Shown here one piece after another: positions 10,307 through 18,894 of a stretch of DNA of 33,312 nucleotides (positions are counted from its first letter, which is position 1; every line of letters begins with the position of its first letter). Under the pieces are notes generated by a model. It had not been told where the DNA came from. It worked only from the letters and a program-made list of their open reading frames with translations, and did not search any database. Location: contig CAMTVO010000032.1 of assembly GCA_947085205.1 (NCBI GenBank), positions 1-33,312 of the forward strand, written 5' to 3'. The translations under genes were made by a program, and so were the position numbers. The DNA comes from an uncultured Nitrospiraceae bacterium. Its GTDB lineage: Bacteria > Nitrospirota > Thermodesulfovibrionia > Thermodesulfovibrionales > Dissulfurispiraceae.

Positions 10307-11056
10307 GTGATAATAGTTAAGTCTCAGTCGGAAATACAGAACATTGCTGCAGCCTGTCGTATAGTGGCAGAGATATTGGAAGCGCTTAAGACCTTTGTCA
10401 TGTTCGGCATATCTACTGCCGAGATAGAGAATTATGTAGATAGAGAGATAAGGAAGAGGGGTGCAATCCCTGCCTTTAAGGGATACAGAGGGTATCCCTC
10501 GAGCGTGTGCATATCGGTAAATGAACAGGTGGTTCACGGGATACCTTCAAGGGCGGTAAAGCTCGGAAACGGCGATATTGTCAGCATAGACTTAGGGGTT
10601 ATTTTAGACGGTTTTTACGGAGATGCGGCAATAACCGTTCCAATCGGCAATATCAGTCCTGATGCCTCAAGGCTTATCAGGGTAACCGAAGAAGCATTTT
10701 ACAAAGGTATTGAAAAGGCAACGGCGGGCAACAGGGTTTCGGATATATCTGCCGCAATACAGGAGCATGTGGAGTCCAACGGTTTTTCTGTTGTTAGGGC
10801 ATTTGTAGGACACGGCATCGGCCGTTCGCTTCACGAAGAGCCGCAGGTGCCGAACTTCGGGAAGCCCGGACAGGGGTCGAGATTGAAAGAAGGGATGACG
10901 CTGGCAGTGGAGCCTATGGTTAATGTCGGCGGTCCTGATGTCAAAATACTGGATGACGGATGGACAGCGGTAACAACAGACGGCAGCCTGTCTGCCCATT
11001 ATGAGCACACGATTGCTATAACAAAAAATGGGCCGGAAATCTTGACTAAGATATAA
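10307..11056 (+). CDS. map: Methionine aminopeptidase type I
   Basis: SVNEQVVHGIP, GHGIGRSLHEEP, LAVEPM, SAHYEHT. Confidence 0.97.
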   Translation: MIIVKSQSEIQNIAAACRIVAEILEALKTFVMFGISTAEIENYVDREIRKRGAIPAFKGYRGYPSSVCISVNEQVVHGIPSRAVKLGNGDIVSIDLGVILDGFYGDAAITVPIGNISPDASRLIRVTEEAFYKGIEKATAGNRVSDISAAIQEHVESNGFSVVRAFVGHGIGRSLHEEPQVPNFGKPGQGSRLKEGMTLAVEPMVNVGGPDVKILDDGWTAVTTDGSLSAHYEHTIAITKNGPEILTKI

Positions 11057-11071
11057 CAAGGCAGGTATAAT
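11042..11071 (+). promoter_or_regulatory. Putative sigma70 promoter for infA-rpmJ-rpsM and downstream genes
   Basis: TTGACT-18 nt-TATAAT. Confidence 0.65.
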
Positions 11072-11085
11072 TATAAGCTTAAAAT

Positions 11086-11304
11086 ATGTCAAAAGAAGAG
11101 AACATTGAACTTCAAGGAACGATTGTAGAGGCATTGCCGAACGCGATGTTCAGGGTTGAACTCGAGAACGGGCAGGTGATACTCGCCTATGTGTCCGGCA
11201 AGATGAGAATGCATTTTATAAAGATACTGCCCGGAGATAAGGTCACCGTGGAGCTTTCCCCATATGACCTCACAAAGGGAAGAATAACGTATAGGTTTAA
11301 ATAG
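11086..11304 (+). CDS. infA: Translation initiation factor IF-1
   Basis: [32 protein letters not shown]. Confidence 0.98.
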   Translation: MSKEENIELQGTIVEALPNAMFRVELENGQVILAYVSGKMRMHFIKILPGDKVTVELSPYDLTKGRITYRFK

Positions 11305-11308
11305 GATA

Positions 11309-11343
11309 TATGACCTATACGACTTATATGACCTATATTACTA
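11309..11343. repeat. Nonamer tandem array between infA and rpmJ
   Basis: TATGACCTA TACGACTTA TATGACCTA TATTACTA. Confidence 0.75.
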
Positions 11344-11356
11344 TGGAGGATTTGTT

Positions 11357-11470
11357 ATGAAGGTGAGGCCATCTGTGAAGCCCATATGCTCTAAATGCAA
11401 GATTGTTAAGAGAAAAGGCGTTATAAGGATTCTCTGCGAAAATCCGAGACACAAACAGAGACAAGGATGA
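11357..11470 (+). CDS. rpmJ: 50S ribosomal protein L36 (not in ORF track)
   Basis: Hand translation [42 protein letters not shown] upstream. Confidence 0.97.
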   Translation: MKVRPSVKPICSKCKIVKRKGVIRILCENPRHKQRQG

Positions 11471-11474
11471 TAAA

Positions 11475-11507
11475 AAATTTCAAATTTGAAATTTCAGGTT
11501 TCAAATT
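11475..11507. repeat. AAATTTC heptamer tandem array between rpmJ and rpsM
   Basis: AAATTTC AAATTTG AAATTTC AGGTTTC AAATT; same unit as 7868-7909. Confidence 0.8.
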
Positions 11508-11528
11508 AAAATAAAGAAGGAGTAGAAG

Positions 11529-11894
11529 ATGGCGAGAATAGCTGGTGTTGACCTGCCGAAAAATGAGCGAGTGGAGATAGGGCTTACCCGTATATTCGGC
11601 ATTGGAAGGTCTTTATCCAACAAGATACTTGCAGAGACAAAAGTAAACCCGGACACAAGGGTAAAGAACCTTACAGATGAGGATATAGTAAAGATAAGGG
11701 GTCTTATAGAGAAAGACTATAAGGTAGAAGGAGACCTGAGGCGTGAGACATCCATGAACGTCAAGAGGCTTTATGACATCGGATGTTACAGGGGACTCAG
11801 GCATAAGGCTCATCTTCCTGCAAGGGGACAGAGGACAAGGACTAATGCAAGGACACGCAAAGGCCCCAGAAAACTGGTAGTTAAGAAAAAGTAA
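11529..11894 (+). CDS. rpsM: 30S ribosomal protein S13
   Basis: [24 protein letters not shown]. Confidence 0.98.
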   Translation: MARIAGVDLPKNERVEIGLTRIFGIGRSLSNKILAETKVNPDTRVKNLTDEDIVKIRGLIEKDYKVEGDLRRETSMNVKRLYDIGCYRGLRHKAHLPARGQRTRTNARTRKGPRKLVVKKK

Positions 11895-11916
11895 GCAAGA
11901 AGGAGGAGTATCATAA

Positions 11917-12303
11917 ATGGCTCAGAAAAAGAGAACCGGCAAGAAGGTAAAGAAGAATATACCGAGCGGCTCTGCGCATATACAGACCACTTTTAACAAT
12001 ACAATCATTACAATAACCGACCAGAGCGGCAATGTGATTGCATGGTCAAGCGCAGGCAGCCTTGGTTTTAAGGGGTCAAGAAAAGGCACTCCATTTGCTG
12101 CACAGATAGCATCTGAGACAGCGGCAAAGAAGGCAATGGAGATGGGGCTTAAGCATGTGGATGTCTATGTAAAAGGTCCGGGAGCAGGCAGGGAAACCGC
12201 AATAAGAGCGCTTCAGGCAGCAGGGCTGGAGATTACGCTTATTAAGGATGTAACTCCAGTGCCTCACAATGGCTGCAGACCGCCGAAAAGGAGGAGGGTG
12301 TAA
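11917..12303 (+). CDS. rpsK: 30S ribosomal protein S11
   Basis: [28 protein letters not shown]. Confidence 0.98.
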   Translation: MAQKKRTGKKVKKNIPSGSAHIQTTFNNTIITITDQSGNVIAWSSAGSLGFKGSRKGTPFAAQIASETAAKKAMEMGLKHVDVYVKGPGAGRETAIRALQAAGLEITLIKDVTPVPHNGCRPPKRRRV

Positions 12304-12929
12304 TGGCAAGATATACAGGCGCATTATGCAGGCTCTGTAGGAGAGAGGGAGAAAAGCTCTTTTTAAAGGGCAGCAGATGCTATACTGATAAATGCGCTGT
12401 AGAAAAGAGGAAGTACGCTCCAGGACAGCACGGACAGAAGAGAGGCAAGCTCTCTGATTACGGCATACAGTTGAGGGAAAAGCAGAAGGTTAGAAGAATA
12501 TACGGCGTGATGGAGAACCAGTTCAGGATATGCTTCAAGAAGGCATCTCGCATGAAAGGAGTAACAGGCGAGGCGCTGCTCCAGATTCTTGAGAGAAGGC
12601 TCGACAATGTTGTTTGCAGGATGGGCTTTGCAGCAAACAGGAGAGAGGCAAGGCAGCTTGTAACACACGGACATTTTCTTGTAAACGGCAGGACAGCCGA
12701 TATACCTTCTTATCTCTTGGGAGCCGGTGACATTGTTGAAATAAAGGAGGCCAGCAGACAGCTTCAGGCAATATCCGACAGCCTCTCGATGGCAGAGCAC
12801 AAAGGATTTCCGGAGTGGATAGAGATGGACATGCAGAACCTGAAAGGGAAGTTCGTAAGGATTCCTTCGAGGGAAGAGATACAACTCCCTGTTCAGGAGC
12901 AGCTTATAGTCGAGCTATATTCGAAGTAA
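12303..12929 (+). CDS. rpsD: 30S ribosomal protein S4 (N-terminal 4-Cys type)
   Basis: [32 protein letters not shown]. Confidence 0.98.
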   Translation: MARYTGALCRLCRREGEKLFLKGSRCYTDKCAVEKRKYAPGQHGQKRGKLSDYGIQLREKQKVRRIYGVMENQFRICFKKASRMKGVTGEALLQILERRLDNVVCRMGFAANRREARQLVTHGHFLVNGRTADIPSYLLGAGDIVEIKEASRQLQAISDSLSMAEHKGFPEWIEMDMQNLKGKFVRIPSREEIQLPVQEQLIVELYSK

Positions 12930-12945
12930 GATTTTGAAAAAGGAT

Positions 12946-12977
12946 GCCGGGCGGTATCCGGCCCGGTTTTTATTTTT
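12946..12977 (+). terminator. Intrinsic-terminator-like hairpin between rpsD and rpoA
   Basis: CCGGGCGG-TAT-CCGGCCCGG followed by TTTTTATTTTT. Confidence 0.65.
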
Positions 12978-13022
12978 AAAGAATACATAAAGAGCAGAAT
13001 TCAAGGCATAGGAGGCCTTATT

Positions 13023-14054
13023 ATGGATCTTGTTAAAAAGGGCTTTCAGTTACCCAAAAAGATTATTTTTGACGAGGAAACCCTCACCGATTTTTATGGC
13101 AAGCTAGTAGTAGAGCCGCTTGAGCGCGGCTTCGGGACTACTGTAGGAAATTCGCTGCGCAGGGTTTTGCTTTCCTCTATAGAGGGCGCTGCCGTTACAG
13201 CAGTCAGAATACCCGGTGTTTTACATGAGTTCTCCAAAATAAAGGGTGTTAAAGAAGATATCGTTGACATTTTTTTGAACATAAAGAAGCTCAGATTCAA
13301 GGTGTACGGAGACGGCAAAAAGACAGTTACCGTAAAAGTAAAAGGCCCCAAGGTCGTTACAGGTGAAGACATAGAATGCGTCTCAAATGTAGAGGTGCTT
13401 AACATAGACCACCATATCGCTACCGTGGACAGCGGAACAACGCTTGAAATGGAGATGTATGTAAAGAAGGGAAAAGGCTATGTGCCGGCAGAAATTAATA
13501 AAGAGGAAGGATTGCCTATCGATGTGCTTGCTGTGGATTCCGTATTCAGCCCGATAAAGAAAGTGAACTTCTGGGTAGAAAAGGCGAGGGTAGGAAGGGC
13601 AACAGATTACGACAGGCTGATAATGGAGGTCTGGACAGACGGCAGCATTACTCCCGAGAAAGCGGTAAGCGATGCTGCATCAATACTGATGGACCACCTC
13701 GACCTGTTTATCTTTGTAGAGGAAGAAGAGGCTGCAGACGAGACAGCAGGCACAGCAGTAGTGGCGGCAGCCAATCCTTCTGCGAACGAGAACCTGATGA
13801 AAAACATCGATGAGCTCGAGCTATCCGTAAGGGCATACAATTGCTTGAAGAATGCAAATATCAAAAGCATAGCGGACCTTGTCCAAAAGACAGAGCATGA
13901 GATGCTCAGGACAAAGAATTTCGGCCGCAAGTCTCTGAATGAGATTAAGGAAATACTTCTGAGCATGGGATTAAATTTCGGAATGAGAATAGATGTGGAT
14001 GAATTGCAGGGCAGCGCTGCTCAGAGAGGAGGTAAACAATGCGTCATAAAGTAG
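13023..14054 (+). CDS. rpoA: RNA polymerase alpha subunit
   Basis: EPLERGFGTTVGNSLRRVLLSS, LELSVRAYNCLK, NFGRKSLNEI. Confidence 0.98.
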   Translation: MDLVKKGFQLPKKIIFDEETLTDFYGKLVVEPLERGFGTTVGNSLRRVLLSSIEGAAVTAVRIPGVLHEFSKIKGVKEDIVDIFLNIKKLRFKVYGDGKKTVTVKVKGPKVVTGEDIECVSNVEVLNIDHHIATVDSGTTLEMEMYVKKGKGYVPAEINKEEGLPIDVLAVDSVFSPIKKVNFWVEKARVGRATDYDRLIMEVWTDGSITPEKAVSDAASILMDHLDLFIFVEEEEAADETAGTAVVAAANPSANENLMKNIDELELSVRAYNCLKNANIKSIADLVQKTEHEMLRTKNFGRKSLNEIKEILLSMGLNFGMRIDVDELQGSAAQRGGKQCVIK

Positions 14055-14440
14055 CAGGCAGCAATTTTAACAGAACCGCCAACCAGAGAAAGGCATTGCT
14101 AAGAGGACTTGTATCATCGCTTTTTGATCACCAGAGGATAGAGACAACGCTTGCAAAGGCAAAGGCCATTAAGGGAATAGCAGAAGAACTGGTTACCTTC
14201 GGCAAGCGCGGCGACCTCCACTCAAAGAGGATGGTTATGTCTTATATCCCCAACAGGACTGTTGTTGCAAAGCTTTTTTCAGAAATAGCGCCGAGGTTTG
14301 CAGACAGAAACGGAGGCTATCTGAGAATAATCCAGACAAGGCAAAGGGTTAATGACAGAGCGCCTATGGCCATCATCGAGTTTATAGATTACGAAGACAT
14401 TAAAGTGAAACCTTCTGAAAAGGAGCGCAAGAAGGAATGA
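14039..14440 (+). CDS. rplQ: 50S ribosomal protein L17
   Basis: MRHK, RIETTLAKAK, RNGGYLRI. Confidence 0.97.
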   Translation: MRHKVAGSNFNRTANQRKALLRGLVSSLFDHQRIETTLAKAKAIKGIAEELVTFGKRGDLHSKRMVMSYIPNRTVVAKLFSEIAPRFADRNGGYLRIIQTRQRVNDRAPMAIIEFIDYEDIKVKPSEKERKKE

Positions 14441-14571
14441 GCGACATACTTATCGGAGCAGGCATAATCTTAGTATGGGTAGTTCTGCAATTTTTTGTAT
14501 TTCCCAAGCTCGGCATTCCTACTTGAGCAGTTCCCCAAAAGGGTTCGGAGAACTCAAAGAAGTGTAAATAA
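14437..14571 (+). CDS. Small single-TM protein: 29 aa to UGA (14524-14526) or 44 aa if UGA is read as Sec; candidate selenoprotein
   Basis: ATGA overlap with the rplQ stop; MSDILIGAGIILVWVVLQFFVFPKLGIPT-(UGA)-AVPQKGSENSKKCK-TAA; hairpin right after UGA; lies before the operon terminator. Confidence 0.6.
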
Positions 14572-14600
14572 TCAGATATAGAGATATTTATAAGGAAACG

Positions 14601-14625
14601 GGATTCGCAAAGCGAATCCTTTTTT
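14601..14625 (+). terminator. Intrinsic terminator ending the ribosomal protein cluster
   Basis: GGATTCGC-AAA-GCGAATCC followed by TTTTTT. Confidence 0.85.
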
Positions 14626-14857
14626 ATTTACCGTTTTTAGTAATGAGCGAATAACGTTGTGGGTTTGCGCTCTGTTATCTGTCCGTTGCGGGCAATTCCT
14701 TTTTTTCATCTTATCTAATATTCTTTTCTTAATCGGTTCTGCTTCTGTTTGAATTATTTTGATTTGTTCTCTTACTGACAGATGTTTCATCCTTGTGAAA
14801 CGAGGAATCTTTTACTATCAATGAGTTATAAGACCTCTCGCGGAGCCTGTCCTAATT

Positions 14858-15119
14858 GGGTCTTCATGAAATAGTGTGGGTAAAAAGTGATAAGTTGAGA
14901 GGTGTAGATTGGCTCTGGGTAATGAAAAAATGGGTTCAAGATGTGTGAGAAAATCTGGTAAGATTACCTATGGGGGAAAGCGGTTATTCCAATACGAATC
15001 AAATGGAACGTTTAACATATTGTTGTCATTCCCCGGCCCCCGATCGCAGTCGAGGGCATGCTTAATCGGGGAATGACATGATTTTGCAAGAATTTACCCA
15101 CTTGATTACGCGAAGACCC
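14858..15119. mobile_element. MITE-like 262-bp element with 27-bp imperfect terminal inverted repeats
   Basis: GGGTCTTCATGAAATAGTGTGGGTAAA vs reverse complement of right end GGGTCTTCGCGTAATCAAGTGGGTAAA (21/27 identical); no transposase ORF. Confidence 0.6.
15024..15078. repeat. REP-like palindrome inside the MITE
   Basis: TGTCATTCCCCG ... CGGGGAATGACA, perfect 12-bp inverted repeat. Confidence 0.75.
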
Positions 15120-15306
15120 ACTTTATTGTTCCAGTTTGCAAGCAAATAAACATAATATCTTCCAATTGCAAGCATTTAAGATTTCTCACTTCGTTCGAAA
15201 TGACAATATTACAGCTTATTATATTCCCCTCCCCCTTACTTTAGGGCAGAACCTATTGTCTTATCAAACTTTTTTGTTAAATTTTTCATAAAACTTTTGA
15301 CATTAC

Positions 15307-15348
15307 CTAGTCAATGGCGATATCGGTATCAACGATGACAGTTTGCAT
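15307..15348 (-). pseudogene. Truncated PIN-domain (VapC-like) toxin
   Basis: MQTVIVDTDIAID* matches the PIN N-terminal hhDT(N/D)hhhD pattern; overlaps the antitoxin 3' end; stop after 13 codons. Confidence 0.7.
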
Positions 15349-15568
15349 ACCTGCGCCCTTTTTCTTTTCTGAGCTCCGTGACAATCTCTACGCTGCTCTT
15401 ATCACGCTCTTTCCATTTGCCGAAGCTTGCCACAGCCTTCTCGACATTCTTCTTTCTTATATACTCTTTAAGGGCTTCGGTAACAAGCGCACTAAAATTG
15501 TCAGATGTCTTTTTAGCTTCTGAGAGAACATCTTCAGGTATTGTTATAGATGTTTTAATAAGCGACAT
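15329..15568 (-). CDS. Type II antitoxin, ribbon-helix-helix (VapB/CcdA-like)
   Basis: KTSITIPEDVL..AKK..NFSALVTEALKEY; AAGGAGG upstream; coupled to the PIN fragment. Confidence 0.75.
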   Translation of the reverse strand: MSLIKTSITIPEDVLSEAKKTSDNFSALVTEALKEYIRKKNVEKAVASFGKWKERDKSSVEIVTELRKEKGRRYANCHR

Positions 15569-15619
15569 ATTGCCTCCTTATCGCATTACCTAACAGAATT
15601 CAATATGCATAAAAAACGG

Positions 15620-16138
15620 CTATTTCCCGAAGAATTCTATTGCCTCTTTGACCTTTTCCAAATTGACGCGGGTATTGAAACACGGGCCAAATGGTCTCTC
15701 ATTTGGTATACCCAAAACTGGAAGCGGATAGGAGTCTGCAATGCCGCTGCTTAAATCCCTTTCACATGCAACGGCTACTATAGCCTCGGGTCTTTCGTCC
15801 TTTACTATGCGCCTTGCTAAGTTGCCTCCTGTCGCAACAAAGAGTCTTAGATTATTCTCCTCAGCAATACCTATCAAATCCTTTATCTCGCACTTTCCGC
15901 ATCTTTTGCAGTTATAAATGTCATTTGTTATTCTCACATCGCATTCATTAATCTGAAGGCAGTGCGGCAGAAGCAGCAATATCCTTTTTGTTTTAAGACC
16001 TTGAGCCCTGACAAGCCTGTTGTTAAGCCCGATAACAAATAATTGCAGCTTTTCTTTTTTGTCCTTAAAAAATGCACCTGCAAGCATGAGCATTGGATAT
16101 AGCACTTTTAAGACCATTGCCCTAAGAAAACTTCTCAT
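15620..16138 (-). CDS. DUF116 family protein
   Basis: LLLLPHCL, CKRCGKC, VATGG, AVACERDL, PFGPCFNT. Confidence 0.85.
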   Translation of the reverse strand: MRSFLRAMVLKVLYPMLMLAGAFFKDKKEKLQLFVIGLNNRLVRAQGLKTKRILLLLPHCLQINECDVRITNDIYNCKRCGKCEIKDLIGIAEENNLRLFVATGGNLARRIVKDERPEAIVAVACERDLSSGIADSYPLPVLGIPNERPFGPCFNTRVNLEKVKEAIEFFGK

Positions 16139-17081
16139 AACCTTCCTTTAATTTCCTCCCTGCCAAAAAGGCAGAAGCAGGCATAACTTTCTTTCCTTCA
16201 GGCTGAAGATCTTCTATTAGCAAAAATCCATCCCCTGTCTCAACGATCAATTCGCCTGATGCCTTTACTATTCTTCCATGAATTCTCTCCAGAGCTAACT
16301 CATAACTCATAACTCTTAACTCATCACTGTTTTTAAATACTCTTGCTTTTATAATCTTTATCCGCTCATTATTAAGATAACAAAAAGCAGACGGCCACGG
16401 ATACATGCCCCTCACAAAATTGAACAACTCCTGCGCTGTTTTATTCCAGTTTATTCTTCCATCATCTTTTTTAAGAGGCGGCGCATAAGTCGCCTCTCCT
16501 GCTTGCTGTACAGGTTTTATCTTCCCTTCCCTTATTCCCTTTATTGTCTCAATCAAAGTCTTTGCGCCGAGTTTTGATAATTTCTTTGATAATGTTTCTG
16601 CATTGTCGTCATCCTGAATCTCTAATTCTGCTTTTAAGAGCATATCACCTGTGTCAAGTCCTTTATCCATGAGCATTGTTGTTATGCCGGTAATTTTTTC
16701 TCCTTTAATCAATGCCCATTGTATGGGCGCAGCGCCGCGATATTTTGGAAGAAGAGATGCATGCACATTTATACATCCAAACTTCGGTAAATTGAGAATC
16801 TCCTCCGGGAGTATTTTTCCATAAGCTACCACTATAATAAATTCAGGATTTATAGACCTCAACTCATTATAAAAATTCTCATCCCTGATTTTGTCCGGCT
16901 GCATAACTTTTATATTATTTGACAATGCAAGTTCTTTCACAGGCGGCGCTGAAAGGGCATGTCCCCTTCCCTTTACCTTATCAGGCTGGGTAACAACAAG
17001 GGCAATATCTTCCTTTTCATCAACGAGCGCTTTCAAGGCGGGAACAGCAAATTGAGGGGTGCCGAAAAAGATTAAAGCCAT
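16122..17081 (-). CDS. fmt: Methionyl-tRNA formyltransferase (start moved to 17081)
   Basis: IFFGTPQFA, VVTQPD, INVHASLLPKYRGAAPIQ, LDTGD; adjacent to def. Confidence 0.96.
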   Translation of the reverse strand: MALIFFGTPQFAVPALKALVDEKEDIALVVTQPDKVKGRGHALSAPPVKELALSNNIKVMQPDKIRDENFYNELRSINPEFIIVVAYGKILPEEILNLPKFGCINVHASLLPKYRGAAPIQWALIKGEKITGITTMLMDKGLDTGDMLLKAELEIQDDDNAETLSKKLSKLGAKTLIETIKGIREGKIKPVQQAGEATYAPPLKKDDGRINWNKTAQELFNFVRGMYPWPSAFCYLNNERIKIIKARVFKNSDELRVMSYELALERIHGRIVKASGELIVETGDGFLLIEDLQPEGKKVMPASAFLAGRKLKEGYEKFS

Positions 17082-17087
17082 TTCTTT

Positions 17088-17180
17088 AGTGCCAGTGAAT
17101 AGTGTCAGTGTCAATTTTTAGTGTCTGTTCACTGACACTATTCACTGGCACTTTATTACTGACACTAAACACTGACACTT
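17088..17180. repeat. Perfect 23-bp inverted repeat built from AGTGTC-like units, between def and fmt
   Basis: AGTGCCAGTGAATAGTGTCAGTG (17088-17110) / CACTGACACTATTCACTGGCACT (17130-17152), plus further GACACT units into the def 3' end. Confidence 0.85.
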
Positions 17181-17677
17181 CCCACTTTCTTTAAATATCG
17201 CTTTTTAAAAAACTCTCTCTTGATGGAGCTGAGCCTGTCAATAAATAAAATGCCGTCGAGATGGTCTATCTCGTGCTGAAGCGCCCTTGCAAGCAGTCCT
17301 GAGCCTTCGATTTGAATAGGTTTTCCGTTTCTGTCAAGCCCTTTAACAACAACACTTCCTGCTCTTTTTATGGTTGAAGTGTATCCTGGTACACTCAGGC
17401 ATCCCTCTTCAGAATCGACAAAGCTGTCGGTTTCTACTATCTCCGGATTAATCAAGACAATAAGCGGATGCTTTTCATCCTTTGTGCTCACATCAATAAC
17501 TATAAGCCTTTTTGAGACACCGACCTGAGGAGCGGCAAGACCTATGCCTGGAGCTGCATACATGGTCTCCACCATAGCGTCGATAAGGCGATGCAAATCC
17601 CTGTCGATATTCTCTACAGGCAGGGCTTTTTTCTTCAGGACTTCTTCAGGATACTTTTTAATCTCCAAAACAGCCAT
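17165..17677 (-). CDS. def: Peptide deformylase
   Basis: GIGLAAPQ, EGCLS, QHEIDHLDG. Confidence 0.97.
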   Translation of the reverse strand: MAVLEIKKYPEEVLKKKALPVENIDRDLHRLIDAMVETMYAAPGIGLAAPQVGVSKRLIVIDVSTKDEKHPLIVLINPEIVETDSFVDSEEGCLSVPGYTSTIKRAGSVVVKGLDRNGKPIQIEGSGLLARALQHEIDHLDGILFIDRLSSIKREFFKKRYLKKVGSVSV

Positions 17678-17691
17678 AAAAAATTATAACA

Positions 17692-18894
17692 TTAACAAAT
17701 CGGATATTTCCCTCTGATCAGTTCCATGCAGAATTTGTTTATTTTTGAAAACTCCTGTTCAAATATTTCCTCTGCCTTTTTTGCTATCTCGTTAATCTTT
17801 CTTCCCCTCTCAAGCAAAACCTGCGCGGTAGCCATCTGGGGCTGGTCAATGGGAGTGCCTATCCTGCTTAAAAGAAGGACATAGACTTCCTTTATACCTT
17901 CTATCTTTTCATAAATCTCTTTTGCAATCTTGTGCGCAAGCACATTGTATATCTTTCCCACATGGCTTACAGGATTCTTGCCTGCTGCTGCCTCAGTGCC
18001 CATAGGTCTGTTCATTGATATTAGTCCGTTAACCCTATTGCCGCGGCCGACCTGCCCTGAATCAGCATCCTCTGCAGATGTGCCCAGAAGGTTCAAATAA
18101 ATCCCGCCGAGTCCTCTGCCTTTTTCATCGAGGGTATTGTAGTGGACATCTATCTTTCTAAAGTCCTCGAAACCTTCAAGAAATCTCAGCATTTCTTTAT
18201 GGACAACATCCTTTTTCTCAAAATAATCTTTTTCTGACTTGATATAGCCGGCAAGCAACGGCATAGCAATCGTCAAATCCAGAACATTCCCTCTCCTCAA
18301 TCCCATAACCTTTGTGTCTTCGCCTGTTTCAGGATATCTGCCTTTAAACTTCTTTGAGTTAAGAAATTTTTCAAGCCCGAGTACAACCTTCTCTGTAGGA
18401 CTTAATGGATAGTATCCGACAGCAGCGGATGTGTCATTAGCAGCCCTGACTTTTCCGGGTCTTAAGAAAATATCGGTGAGTTCTTCGGAACCAGGTGCAA
18501 GTACAACACGGTATTTTAAATGTTTTTCTGGATTAACAAATCTCAGATTATCCTTAATCCACTTCTTTGCAGCATCTATGGCAATCTCCGGAACAGGTAT
18601 CTTTTTCCCTGAAGCTACAAATGTCGCCCTATCGCCTATGGTTAATTCCATAGGTTTTACAACCCTTCCGCTTCCGAACCTCTTATTAACCCTGCCGGCG
18701 GCAAGGAGTCCTTTATCAATATTGTGATGGAGGACAGTCCCGAATTCTTTGATGTATTCCTTTGATAATGCCACAGAAATGGCATCCATCATGGAGTCGC
18801 ACATATAATCCGGATGCCCTGTGCCTTTACGCTCCACTATCTCCACACGATGCTCTGTGATGGACTTTCCTTTAAATGTCTCTATGACTATCAT
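17692..18894 (-). CDS. mat: S-adenosylmethionine synthetase, archaeal type
   Basis: EIVERKGTGHPDYMCD, ANDTS, GEDTKVMG, DSGQVGRGNRVNGLI, AAGKNPVSHVGKIYN. Confidence 0.92.
   Translation of the reverse strand: MIVIETFKGKSITEHRVEIVERKGTGHPDYMCDSMMDAISVALSKEYIKEFGTVLHHNIDKGLLAAGRVNKRFGSGRVVKPMELTIGDRATFVASGKKIPVPEIAIDAAKKWIKDNLRFVNPEKHLKYRVVLAPGSEELTDIFLRPGKVRAANDTSAAVGYYPLSPTEKVVLGLEKFLNSKKFKGRYPETGEDTKVMGLRRGNVLDLTIAMPLLAGYIKSEKDYFEKKDVVHKEMLRFLEGFEDFRKIDVHYNTLDEKGRGLGGIYLNLLGTSAEDADSGQVGRGNRVNGLISMNRPMGTEAAAGKNPVSHVGKIYNVLAHKIAKEIYEKIEGIKEVYVLLLSRIGTPIDQPQMATAQVLLERGRKINEIAKKAEEIFEQEFSKINKFCMELIRGKYPIC

Noticed and set aside
14039..14054. rpoA-rplQ 16-nt overlap as a frameshift
   Set aside because: The alpha-CTD is complete and rplQ has its own GGAGGT SD; an ordinary short overlap.
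14572..14790. 72-aa minus-strand ORF
   Set aside because: No recognisable motif; it runs through the terminator hairpin and starts in repeat debris. It could be a gene fragment but is unsupported.
15301..15592. CATTACCTA direct repeat flanking the antitoxin as a target-site duplication
   Set aside because: Only 9 bp, with no associated inverted termini enclosing the unit; the left copy is better explained as an IS-like end.
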